From assembly GCF_009914755.1 (NCBI RefSeq), contig NC_060941.1: a stretch of DNA of 64,000 nucleotides. One strand, written 5' to 3'. The notes under the pieces are model-generated. The model saw only the letters and a program-made list of their open reading frames with translations, did no database searches and was not told where the DNA came from. Source of the stretch: the human T2T-CHM13v2.0 reference genome, Homo sapiens. Numbering within the stretch: position 1 is the stretch's first letter; each line of letters begins with the position of its first letter. A program made the position numbers and the translations under genes. Positions 32,940 through 45,658 of the stretch are shown in pieces.

Positions 32940-33597
32940 CGAAGGAAATCCATCCCATACATACAAAGCCCCTAATTGGTATTTCAGTGCCTGAACAGAC
33001 AACCAAGGGTTACTACAGAGTTGAGGAAAGGCTTTCAGATCAGAGAGTATCTAAGGGAAGAGGCATCCAGAGAAGGAAAAAAGATATGCAGAAAACTTAG
33101 AAGATTTTCAGAGAAAAGAATAGAGATGATTTTGCATACCTAAAACAAGAACAGGGTGTTGTGGAAAAGGAGCATTCAAGAGCACAAGAAGGTTAACAAT
33201 TTTAAACATCACAATAAAAAACTCAGTAGAAGGATTAGAAGATCAAGTTGAATCAAGCACCCTCAAAATAGAAGCACCAATAAAAGAGTAGAAAACATAA
33301 GAGAAACAACAAGTTACAGGTGATCAATCCAAGAGATTCAATATGTTGTTATTTAGAAACAGAAGGAAGGTGTTTTCAAGAAAATAGAGAACTGAAAGGT
33401 ATGAGCTGAAAGCATCAGCCAAATGCCAAGCACAAATAATGGGGGAGAAAAGATACATCACCCTGAAATTTCAGAACCCTAGAGATCAAGTGGAAAAAAT
33501 AAAGCATGGCCAGGCTTGGTGCGTCACACTGGTAATCCCAGCACTTTGGGAGGCCAGGGCAGGAGATCGCTTGAGCCCAGGTATTCGAGACCAGACT
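32940..33597 (+). mobile_element. Degenerate L1 ORF1 remnant followed by a partial Alu (33508-33597)
   Basis: A-rich sequence; acatcaccctgaaatttcagaaccctagaga; Alu 5' end. Confidence 0.6.
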
Positions 33598-33895
33598 AGG
33601 GGCTGGACTGTAGGAGCTGTATCTTACTCCATATCATACCCTTATCCCCAGCAATGCCTGATGATGGGTTGGTGTTCAACAATGTGGACTGAATGAATGA
33701 GACAGCCGGCTACTGAAGAAGTCAGGGCAACCTGCAGTGCTGTTAGGGAAGTGTCCCTTTCTAGCACCTTCTCAGAGGGTCCTCCTGTATACCATATGCG
33801 AAATTCTGACTTAAGATTTGGAGCAGCTAGTGCTTTTTCATTGTTTGACTTAACATGATCATCAAACTTATACTAGTTTTCTTTGTATTTAATAG

Positions 33896-33995
33896 GGAGA
33901 AAGAGCAAGAAACACAAGAAGAGGAACGTTTGATGGAAGAAAAGAAAAAGAAAAAGCAGGAAGAAAAGAAAAAGAAGGAAGGTGCTCAGAAAAAG
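33896..33995 (+). CDS. TNRC6C: GW182-family (TNRC6C) N-terminal exon, 100 nt; open throughout, first in-exon ATG at 33933; encodes (R)[33 protein letters not shown]
   Basis: Acceptor ttttctttgtatttaatAG (33894-95); donor AAG|gtttgg, phase 0. Peptide aligns with the recalled TNRC6B [31 protein letters not shown] and TNRC6A [25 protein letters not shown] but is identical to neither. Confidence 0.9.
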
Positions 33996-34783
33996 GTTTG
34001 GCTGAAGTTCCTGCTTCATTGTCTTTGTATCATTGTGTGTCTCATTTGCATCATCATAGCCATTATATGACAAGGTTTCATTCTGTTACTTTTTAAATCA
34101 ATATGCCAAGTCTATAATTAGCGAATAATAGATATCCTACTGGTGAAATAAATACAGGTGACAGCCGTAAATGTCTAACTTGGAACTGGAAGTGTTAGAG
34201 CTGTGTTTTAAGGAAGCCGTGTTTTAGTTGCTGGTGGTGAAGTGTGTCCATGTTGTTCTACTTAAAATGAACTGTCCTGAACAACCATGTCTAATAAATG
34301 AAGAAGGGCCATTCAACTGATCTTATTAGAAAAGCTAGAAATATTTTTTTTTTGCAGCTTTGGCAAATGTTCTTTTACGAATCCTATTAGTAAAGATTAA
34401 AAATAAAAGCCCTACTGTAAACTTCATAGTCAAGCTTGAATTTTATGGCATTTAAAATACCAAGTTATGCCATTTGTCTTTGTTCTTACCTAGTTTAATG
34501 TATCTTGTAGTTTAAACAGTATACCTATTAGAGCCTGTTAAAATTATAGAGTTTAAATGAGCTCCAGATAGAATTTTTTGCCTTTAGATTAACATTGGTA
34601 TATAATCAATGGCATGTACACATTTTTCCCACTAATAAATTGTAATAAATTAACTGGGCAAAAACTCATTTTTAAAATTTTCAATACTAAAAGTTTGCTT
34701 ATAAACTTTCATAGATGTGTACATTCTACACATTATTCCTAAAGAGTTTCTTTCTTTCTTTCTCTCTCTTTTTTTTTTTTCAG

Positions 34784-34805
34784 GCTGCTGATCAAAAAAC
34801 CAAAG
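34784..34805 (+). CDS. TNRC6C: 22-nt coding microexon (AADQKTK + G), phase 0 to 1
   Basis: About 35-nt polypyrimidine tract then cAG (34782-83); consensus donor AAG|gtaagt. It joins the flanking exons in frame and matches the paralog ATEQKIK/VTEQKTK segment. Confidence 0.9.
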
Positions 34806-36198
34806 GTAAGTTTATTTATATTTAGGGGGGTACATTTATGGCGGTACCAAAATTTTTATGACCAGGATGACTTTTTTTTTTAAATTGATGGTTAAAAAAC
34901 GAGAATCTAAGCCTGCCTTTGAAACTATTTTTTATTATTCATTGTGAAATTCCTCATTTATCACTGGTTTTACATCTGCATCTCATTGGTATTTGGTTAA
35001 TCTAAAAATGTCTGAAGAATGTTATATTAGCTTTCCAAACAATGCTTTTAAATTTTCTTTTGATTTCCACCAAACAGGATCGAACTGATAAAGTTGATTC
35101 AGTTTGAATAAGAACAACCAAAGGATATCTGCATTTTTTTAAGGTTCCAATTTCTCATTGCCAACTATCCTTTATAATAAAAAAGATATATTCTTTCTGG
35201 ATTCCCTCTTTGCTTATTGATATGTAAAAGATTTCTCTTTTTATCCTCCAAGTCCAGAATTTGCTGGTTATCATAAAAGGTGTTGGTGGAAACACACGCA
35301 TTTCTCACTGTTACTCAGGAACTCCTATGATGTGCTGGAGATTCAGAATGAACAAACTGAAAGCCATACTCCAAGCCTCTTCCTTTTATACCTGTATGTT
35401 TAGTTATTTCCCAGTGGTTAAGAGCACCCACTCAGGAGTCACATAAACTAGCTCTGTTTAATTTGGGACAAGTTACTTCACTTCTTTAGGCTTCAGTATC
35501 TCATATTTAAAATGAGAAAGGTAGTGAATGGTTCCTACCTCATAAAGCTGTTACAAAGACTTAATACGATTATTTGTCAATTCAAAATAAAATGTAAAAA
35601 AAAAAGACTAATTGAGATCATGCAGGAAAATGACTCAGTATCTAGCATATAATTGGTGCTCAGTAAAGGTTTACTATAACTGTTATTCTGAAGTTTTTTT
35701 CCACTGGACCATCACATGTACACAACTGTACATGTAGACACATGCACTCTCACAGCTAATACTATGCTTTTGTGAGACATTTTATAATTTTCAAAGTTAA
35801 GGTTATGTGTATTATCTCATTTGAACTTCATAGCTGAACAGGAAAGGAATTCGTTTACAGATAATCTCCTAGTGTGAATTAAGAGGCTGGTTCTTGGTTA
35901 AGAACCAGTTAATGGTAAAGGCAAGACTTGAGGGAGTCCAGGTCTCTGAACCTCTAGACTAGAGTCACATGAAGAGAGGGAGTTAATGCTCAATGAATAT
36001 TAAAAAGCAGCATAGCAAAAAGGACATTTTTCTCTGTTATACTCTCAGAAGCACTGTGAATTTACATAACACTTTTCCAGAAGGGTCCAAAAGGTTTATG
36101 GTACATAGTTGTGTATGAATTTATGATCTTGAATGAAAAACAATGGTTTCTTACTATTGTCATTTCAAAATACAGAGTTAACTGTTCTGGATCATCCA

Positions 36199-36346
36199 TT
36201 TCTTCTTCTTCTTCTTCTTTCTTCTTCTTCTTCTTCTTCTTCTTCTTCTTCTTCTTCTTCTTCTTCCTTCTTCCTTCTTCCTTCTTCTTCCTTCTTCCTT
36301 CTTCCTCCTTCTTCCTTCTTCTTCTTTCTTCTTCTTCCTTCTTCTT
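36199..36346 (+). repeat. (TTC)n/(CTTC)n pure-pyrimidine tract: (TTC)6 T (TTC)16 then interrupted units
   Basis: Direct reading; 148 nt without a purine. Confidence 0.97.
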
Positions 36347-36509
36347 GAATTTTTCTGTCTGGTTTAGTACCAGCTATATTCTTCATCGTCACTGTTTTCT
36401 ACTCAAGTAGTAACAAATTGCTTATTACTGAACAGTGATTGTGAATTACATTGTCCCACCACTTTACGCAGAGCTATCATTTTCTATTACTGTTCTGATG
36501 AGAATTTTC

Positions 36510-36846
36510 TTTTATTTATTTATTTATTTATTTTTTTTTTTTTTGAGATGGAGTCTTGCTCTATCGCCCAGGCTGGGTGGAGTACAGTGGCATGATCTCG
36601 GCTCACTGCAACCTCCACCCCTCAGGTTCAAGTGGTTCTCCTGCCTCAGCATCACCCCACCCCCACCCCATAAGCTGGGGTTACAGGCACGCATGGCCAC
36701 ACCCAGCTAATTTTTTGTATTTTTAGTAGAGACAGGGTTTCACCATGTTGGCCAGGTTGGTCTCGAACTCCTGACCTCAAATGATTCCCCCCCACCTCGG
36801 CCTGCCAAAGTGCTGGGATTACAGGCGTGAGCCACCGCACCTGGCC
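36510..36846 (-). mobile_element. AluS with (TTTA)n tail
   Basis: Antisense dimer; TSD tgagaattttc. Confidence 0.92.
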
Positions 36847-39259
36847 TCTGTTGAGAATTTTCATTGCTAACTCCAAACTCTACTGGATTTTTCTCTTCTC
36901 CTTCTATATCCTCTAAAATACTGTTCCTTTGGGTACAGTTTATCAGTAACTACTAACTAGCCTTAGAATGGGTTGTAGTAATAATTAATGTCTTTCCAAA
37001 CAAAAAATGCTTTTTGAATTATAAATAATCTAACAGTACTGCTAGGTAATTCATTGATGAATATTAGCAGCATCAAGGTTTACGTTTTTCTCAGACTCTT
37101 CATTATTACTGGTTCAAACCAAAATTCATTGCCTGAGAAATATTGGTTCCAACTTTCTGACTGGACACTTTTGTCGGGTGACACAGGTTGGCCTGACTGT
37201 ACCTATGATACATGTTATAGTACTAGTATTAGTGTTCACACATAAAATTGATGCTTTCCTAACATTCTAGCATTTTGACTTCCCTCCCCTGCTCCAGATT
37301 GTGTGTCTATGAGGGCAGGGGCCACATTTGCCACAAGGCAGCACCCAGAAGTCTCAAGGCCCTGAGTTGTTTGAATATAGGAAAGTGTTTAGCAATTTGA
37401 GAGAGTCCGAGAGTTGGATACTCTTAAGAGAGAAGCTGCAGTTATAAATTAGATTGCATAATATACTGAATCAATCAACATTGTAGAAGTTTGAATAATT
37501 TTGGTTTTGATAATTAGCTCAAACTAGACCAAATCAATTAGAAATTCCCTTACTCTGCAATATTACACACCACTCAACTAGTAGCATTCGTAAAGCCATG
37601 CCCCAATTATTTAGCATTATATTTGACTTAATTTTCTCAATAATAGAAATGCTTTAAATTTGGATTTGTTTTAAACATTTTCAAGGAACTTTTTAGAATA
37701 TATGACATGCTCATCTATGATACTCCTCTACCTTCTCCTGGAGAATATTAACTAGTCTAATCCGTTCTTAATAGATGAGTCTCCATTATAGCATTAATTA
37801 TACTTAAAAAAATGTTTGCATCTGGCTATAACCATCAAACTTGAACTATGAATTCTTATTTAAAAGACTAATGCCGAACTGAAGCTAACTGGAAATATAT
37901 GTTTTTTGAATAACTTAATATAATATGTAGCATGCTTTCCTACCCTCCCCCAACAAATTTGAAAATTAGATTTCTAGGAAGTCTGCTTTGTAAAATTACC
38001 ACTGAACAGAAATTTTGTTCCTGGCTATCTTTTCAAATTCTGACCTGTGATATCTTTGGGTCATTTTCTTTTTAAGATTCAGGCCAAGTGAGTACGTTTG
38101 TGTGAAACACTATGCTGCCAACATTCATACCCCCATCCTACCCTGATGTGATCATGGGAACCACGTTTTCTCTGCAGCCAGGAGATACACTTTTATTCAG
38201 CCCCGGGGGTTTTCACTCAAATAGTTGATTCACTTTGGCTTTCATCAGTTTCTTCCTCTTGACTCCCCCTTGATTTTCCTCTATGCCTCTAAGTCTGCAA
38301 ACCCTCCAGTGGGGTTGACATCCTGCACTCCTAAGGAGTCTGGGCATGTTTCTAAACCTGGAGGCCTTTTCCTTAGTTGTCTCAGAGTGTTGGGTTGTTG
38401 TTGTAGTCAACTTTTTCTTATTTTTCCCTCCTGTGATGAAAAACAAAAGTTATATATTCTGATTGAAAATAATTTGAGATTATCTAAAGAGAAATTAAAG
38501 TTCACTCGAAATTCCTCTGTCCTGAGATATTTACCCATTAACAGTTAGCCATCCTTGAATGCATCTCTCTATGAATTCATATACATAAATATATATTTAT
38601 ATGGACTCTCCACTGCTCCCCCGCAGTTAGCACTCCTGGATCCCTATCCCTTCAAGGAGCTGCACCAAGCAATTTGAAAACCTCTGTGGGAGCCTATTCA
38701 TAAACTAGCCCTTTGTAAATTCTGCTGAATATCGTCTTTGCGTTGGTGACCAAAGAAAGAGACAGCCGAACACAATTACCTGTTACCTTAGTGAGACCCT
38801 AGATGCTCTTATACTGGGGGAAAAGGGAATCAGATATAATCCTGTTGCCATTAACTTGTGCATTGTAGCTCTCTGTGGAGTAACTGGGGTCCAAGTGTCA
38901 CTTCAGACTGGCATGGGTTTTATGACCATAATGAGTAATCAGTTTTCTTTATTTTTGGCACTGCCCTTAATTGAGGCACAGGTAATAATAGCTTTATTTG
39001 TGATATGATGACCTTGGGAGCCTAAGTTTTCAGTATTGTTTTCTGGGTGTTTTCATGGATTGAGTGAGGGTTTTTTTAATGATTAACTATGATAATTTTC
39101 ATAAATGTGAAAATTTAATTCAGTGCTTTTAGCCAGATTTGTTTAACTTCATAAAGTAGATGTTTTCATACAAAAAGCTCAAAGTTAATCTTACCATGTA
39201 TGAAAGTGAATACCTTCATGACCCATTATGGTTCATGGTCCATATCATTAATGAATTAT

Positions 39260-39555
<296 letters not shown>

Positions 39556-39586
39556 GAATTATGATTTTTAAGTCATATACATCTGA

Positions 39587-39889
<303 letters not shown>

Positions 39890-40619
39890 TAATTAGTATC
39901 CTAATCTTGTTTATAAAGAGTATAATTTTAGTTTTGCAGTGAGGTATTAAACTTTACCATGCGTTCAGTTTGTAATTGGTAAACAAAACCTCTAGGTGCT
40001 TTTGTTAATAATGTAAGTCAGTTGAAGCCATAGTCTTCCAGTAGTCTTCAGTTGAGTGATGGAGGTTTTAGAGTCACAAAGTATTGGCAGTGTGCTTAGG
40101 CTCATTCTAAACATATAAAGTTTAATATCAATCAGAATGAAAAGTAGTAAGAATTGAGGTTTATAGCATATCTTCCCAATTTTATAGTCACACATAGAAA
40201 TATATGTTTTTCATATGTTTTTTCTACAACCACATAATGGGGCTGGAGACATGAGTATTCTGTATTTGTTGTCAGTATAATTATTAATTTTAGGAAGGAA
40301 CTTAGACACTTAGGATGTTTTCAAATAAGGCTGAAGGAAATTCCTAAGAAATTGATTGTATGAGGTATCTTTAGGGGATGGCATCTTTTAGGTTTGAAAT
40401 ATTAGATATGTCTTTCTTTAGCTATGTTGCTTTATATTTAAAGTGTTTATTTTACTGTTAAATTCCAGGGGGAAATATAATAAACATTAATTTTTTTCCA
40501 TGGAAACAAAAAAAATATTAAGATGAGACATTTTAAAAATATATAGGTTATTCAAAAGGGTAAAAATGTATTGCCAGAACCTCTGAGTAGGTACATGAAC
40601 GTATAAGTTCTTGAACAAA

Positions 40620-40725
40620 TTGTGAAACAAAGGAAGTGAGCCTAGCGGCAAGGAAGCGGGGCGCTGTGCTCCGGGGGCGCCTCCCGAGGGCACTTCTCCT
40701 GAGTCTCAGATAAAGTGAAAGTTCA
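40620..40725. promoter_or_regulatory. Candidate intronic enhancer (ETS, GC-rich, GATA and IRF-like motifs)
   Basis: AAAGGAAGTG, AGGAAGCG, AGATAA, AAGTGAAAGT; 6 CpGs in ~42 bp within AT-rich unique DNA. Confidence 0.45.
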
Positions 40726-40884
40726 CATCTCTGTTTCATATAACTTTTCACTAAAACTTTAAACATAAAGGCAGTTTCTAAGTTTAGACAAAGTTACAGT
40801 TTATAACTCTAAAGGATGCTGACAGTCTGCTGTCTAAAAAATAATTTGTTTACCCAGACCAGTTTCTTTTCTGTGTTTTTTTAA

Positions 40885-41690
40885 AAACAACTTTATTGAG
40901 TTATTGTGGACATTATATTTAAAGAGAAGAAATAGATAAGTGTTGGCATATATTCACCTGTTAAACCATCACCATGATCAAGATGACACCCATCATCCCT
41001 GAAGGTGTCCTTGTGACCTTTTCTGATCCATCTCCTCTGTCCCCACCCTACCCCCATCTGTCTCTAGGCAAACACTGATCTGCTTTCTGCCACTATAAAA
41101 GAGTTTTTATTTCTAGAACATTGTATTGAGGGACTCCTACACTGTGCACTTTGGCTCCTTTCACTCAGTGTATTGCTTTTGAAATTCATCCATGCTGTAG
41201 TGTGTATCAGTAGTTCATTCCTTTTTATTGCTGAGCAGTGTTCCATTGTGTAGGTGTATCACAGCTATTTATCCTCTTCATTCTCCTGTTCATGGACATC
41301 TGCGTTTTTCCAGTTTTGAGCTATTGAGTAAAGCTTCTTTTAACATTTATGTACAAGTCTTATATGGCTATATACTTTCATTTATCTTGAGTAAATGTAT
41401 AATAGTAAAATGGCTATGGCATATGATAGGTGTATGTTTCATTTTTCAAGAAATTGCACACAGCTCTTTCCCAACGTGTTTATACTGTTTCACAGTTCTG
41501 CATCTTCACCAATGTGTGGTATGGTCATCTTCATAATTTTAGCCATTCTAATAGGTATGTAGTGGTATCTCATTACACTTTTAATTGGCATTAACCTAAT
41601 GACTAATGTGGCACTTTATTTTAATGTGCTTATTTGTCATCTTGGTGAAGCGTCTTTTAAAGTCTTTTGCCCATTTTTCATTGTTATTTA
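40885..41690 (-). mobile_element. L1MB/ME-type 3' end
   Basis: ctttattgag; gaaattcatccatgctgtagtgtgtatcagtagttcattcctttttattgctgag; tttagccattctaataggt. Confidence 0.85.
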
Positions 41691-42013
41691 TTTTCTTTTT
41701 CCAGATTGGTTTCTGATACTAAATTGGCCTCTAGAGTTGGGCAGAAAGACTCATCGCTACAGGTTGTCTACATGCCTCAGTCATTGCCCTTCTATGTGTG
41801 TAGTTACTTGTAAATAGTAATATCAGAAAATATGCACTTTCAAATAGAATCACATTTTATCTAGCTTTTAGCATAACCAAAGATTACATTAATAAATGAG
41901 CTAAATATTAGTCACATTTTGCTACCTAGAGATGGCTAGTTAATTCATTAATTAACTTAAACAGTTAATAAATACCTGTTAGATGGCAGAGATCAGTTCC
42001 CTGTTCTCAAAGA

Positions 42014-42213
42014 AGGAAACTACAGACACTGGGTTCTCCTTGAGGGTGGAGGGTGGAAGGAGGGAGAGGAGCAGAAAAGATCAGTGTTGGGCACTGGGTT
42101 TCATACCTGGGTGATGAAATAATCTGTACATCAAGCCCCCCATGACATGAGTTTACCTGTGTAACAAACCTTCATATGTACCTCCTAACCTAAAATAAAG
42201 GCTTTTTTAAAAA
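42014..42213 (+). mobile_element. 200-bp 5'-truncated primate L1 3' end with a perfect 19-bp TSD
   Basis: TSD agttccctgttctcaaaga (41995-42013 / 42214-42232); tacctgggtgatgaaataatctgtaca. Confidence 0.9.
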
Positions 42214-42899
42214 AGTTCCCTGTTCTCAAAGAGATATTTTAGTGGGAAGAGCCAGGCAGATAAGCAAATATATGTATATGCAAATGAATGCAATAAAATG
42301 TTCTGGGCATTGTAACTGCTTTATCTCAGCCAGGTGTCAGTAGGTCAGTATAAGCATTTCATGGCCAGTGGCGGATAGGGAGCCAGTGCTTCCAGGTATG
42401 AGAAGTCAGGCTCTAAGGAAAGTACAAAAAAGAAATTTTACAATGTTGGCAGCAGAGGAGCTGCTGAGTGAGGTGGTGGCCAGTGCAGTGAGGACCCAGC
42501 AGATGGTCAGTGAAGTTGGTTGTGATTTATCTATCTCACACTTTCTACCTGAAAGGATTTAGGTTTGGTCATCTTTTCATCAAATATTTGCATCTCTATA
42601 AGAAAAGATAACTTGTTTTTAAAAGTAAGTGAGAGAATTGGGAAAGGAAAATACTGATATGAATGAGGTAAGTGCATACAAGAGCTGGGCCACTCCCAGT
42701 TGTGCCCTAAGTTTGCTATGAAAGCAAGGACAAGGAGGGGTTGCCTTATCCCAGTCATCTTAAACCCGTCCATCAGGTCATTAAAACTGAGCACCCTTAC
42801 CAAGCTATTCTACCCAAAAAAGAGTTGAAACTGTTTTTCAGCTCTTTTGAGAGAGGTGGAAGGTGGGAAGCTAGCTCATAGAGTCCTTGAACACCTTCC

Positions 42900-43660
42900 T
42901 AAGGACTTTAGATCTTCTGGACCAGAGAGGGAGCCATTGGAGAGTTTTAAGTAGGAGAGTGACATCATGAGATTTGTGCTTTAGAAAGATCACTGAACCT
43001 GCAGAATTGAAGACGAATTAAACAGAGGAGGAGAGAGGGCTGGAGGCAGCAGGTACAGTTGGATCAGTGCATAGGTCAGACTCCAGCTTACTAGCTAAGT
43101 GGCGGGGGTAGACAGGGAAGGGTAGTGATGATTGATAGAGTAGGCAGAACTTAGAAACTAACTGAGCTAACTAATCATTTGATCCAGCAGATATTTATTG
43201 AGCACCTGCTATTTGCTTGGTACTGTGCTGATTGCTATGGGAAGAAAATGTTAAAATAGAGATACACTTCCCACTCTCATGGAGCTGAGTCTTATGAGGA
43301 ATGGACATAAATCTCAACCACAGTGATACATGTATCCTTACTAACTGGGATGGTGACTGTGTGACAGCATCAACAAAGGAGCCCAAACTTGGCAGGAGTT
43401 GTGGAAGGTATCATTGAATCTGAAGGGTGAGCAGGACCCAACTAGGCCAGGGAACACTCCTACATAGAGAGGGAACAGCATCTGTAAAGAGCCTGTGGCC
43501 GTATGGAGTATGACATTTTCCATGAACTAAACAAACAGGAAGCTATGAAATAGCAGGGTATGAGGTGAGGCCAAAGTGAGAGATGGGGATTGGTTCACTA
43601 TGCGAGGCATCAAAGAGGAGTTGTGCTCTTTTGCCTAAGAGAATAAGAAGGCTTTTCCAA
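42900..43660 (-). mobile_element. L2 fragments
   Basis: gggagccattggagagttttaag...agatttgtgctttagaaagatcac; atatttattgagcacct. Confidence 0.7.
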
Positions 43661-45327
43661 ATCAGTTTGAAATAAGGCCAATTTCTCTCCTCCTGCACCA
43701 GCCTTGTCTTACTAAATGTTGGAGTAGTTTAACTTTGGCTCCCTCTTCTGGCGGGTTGTAGGATTCTGCACTTTTGGAGAGAAAATACCTAAGATTACTG
43801 CTATTTCCCAATTTATCAGTCCTGGGAGAACACATTTGAGACATAATTCCACTTAAATCTTCTGTGTTTCATGAGATTTAGGATTTGCCATTTGTTCTGA
43901 GAGCTCATTTAGTTCAGGATGATTTAGCATGAAAAGAGATGTGGTCAAGAAGGAGTTAAGGGAACTGACAAGCTCTACACCCAGTGGACTTTCTTTGCCT
44001 TTAATGTTTTGTCCAGTGTGTTGCCTCACTTGGAGAGAGTTATGATCAATGTTACATATGAGAAGATTACAGGAGAGCCAGTAGGCATTAATGCTGTCTT
44101 GATTACTCAGCTTTAACATATGCTCTTAGCGGCATTTTCTAAATTGATCTTCTAAATAAGCCTGTTGTTTAAAAAGAACTTAGATGTGCTTGCATATATG
44201 ATACATAGTACATTTTCTTACAGCAGGAATATCCAAGGGCCAAAACAAAGTAACCTTTTAATGAAATGATTCTTACTGTTTGTAGTCATTATTAAAATAA
44301 TTTTGCTTTCTTTTAACATTCATGTTATCTAGTATGTGATGTATTGAGAGTGGCATTTGGTACCTTTTAGAGAGGTAACTGTAATATGCTAGAGTAGAAA
44401 ATACCTCTGAACGGCATTTCTCATTAGCAACAGACACTAAGTTAATGTAGTTTGTAGTTAATGAGTCTGTGCTTGTTTTGAGTTGGGCTCCAAATGTTGC
44501 CACGGTGATAGATCAGCCAGAAGCATCCACTGAACAAACAGAAGGCACCACTTTGTATCCCTCCAGGACTGCTGATGAGCACAGCAGATGGACCCTCCGT
44601 ACTCAGAGCTGTCTTCTGCTCGCATCTCATTGTTCTAAGGCAACTTCTCGCCACAATGTTTGCTGCTGTATAGGCTGCAGAAGAAATTGTAATAACAAAA
44701 ATATTCCTTGGAATCACTGATTATGTTGGCACAAGAGAATAGTTCTCTTACATAGTCACATTTGCAAACAATCTTATATTTGAGTAAATTTAAAATGTTA
44801 AGAAACTCTGAATCTTTGAATATTTATTCTGAAATGACTAGAATTACTGCTTGATTTTTGACAATTTTTTTCATTGTGTGGGGTGTCCATGCATAAGAGA
44901 AGTTCTATGCTTTATCTTACAAAAGCTTGTTTCTTAAGTTCTGAGATGACATCAGTCATAGGACATATCATCTATTCAATAACGTCCTGTTGACAGAGGT
45001 GGAGCATGAATGAGGAAACCTTGTTGTATTTATACATCAATTGTAAGGGGCATCCAAATTTCAGAAAGAAGATGTGTTAAAATGTGTGGGTTAAAAATGT
45101 CCCTCCCAGTTAGCATTTTTACCTATAAAAAGTTAGTTTTAAAATATACTGCTCTCATCCATTTCACACCTACTTGTTATTATACTTTAGGCTAATGGTG
45201 GCAGCCCACGGGATTCTAATTGAGGATCCTTTTAACAGTAAATGCCATTACTGGGAAACAGTGGTATACCTAGCTCATACCACATACTGTGATGTTGTCT
45301 AGGTAGATGGAAGATTTAAATGTACTA

Positions 45328-45658
<331 letters not shown>

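Noticed and set aside
33855-34070. ORF MIIKLILVFFVFN...VWLKFLLHCLCII, resembling a small membrane protein
   Set aside because: The hydrophobic ends are the intronic polypyrimidine tract and intron read-through around the real exon 33896-33995.
36111-36410. Poly-F, poly-S and poly-E ORFs
   Set aside because: Artefacts of the TTC repeat.
38104-38119. 15-mer aaacactatgctgcca recurring at ~55912
   Set aside because: Single short match with no extension; plausible by chance or from old repeat ancestry.
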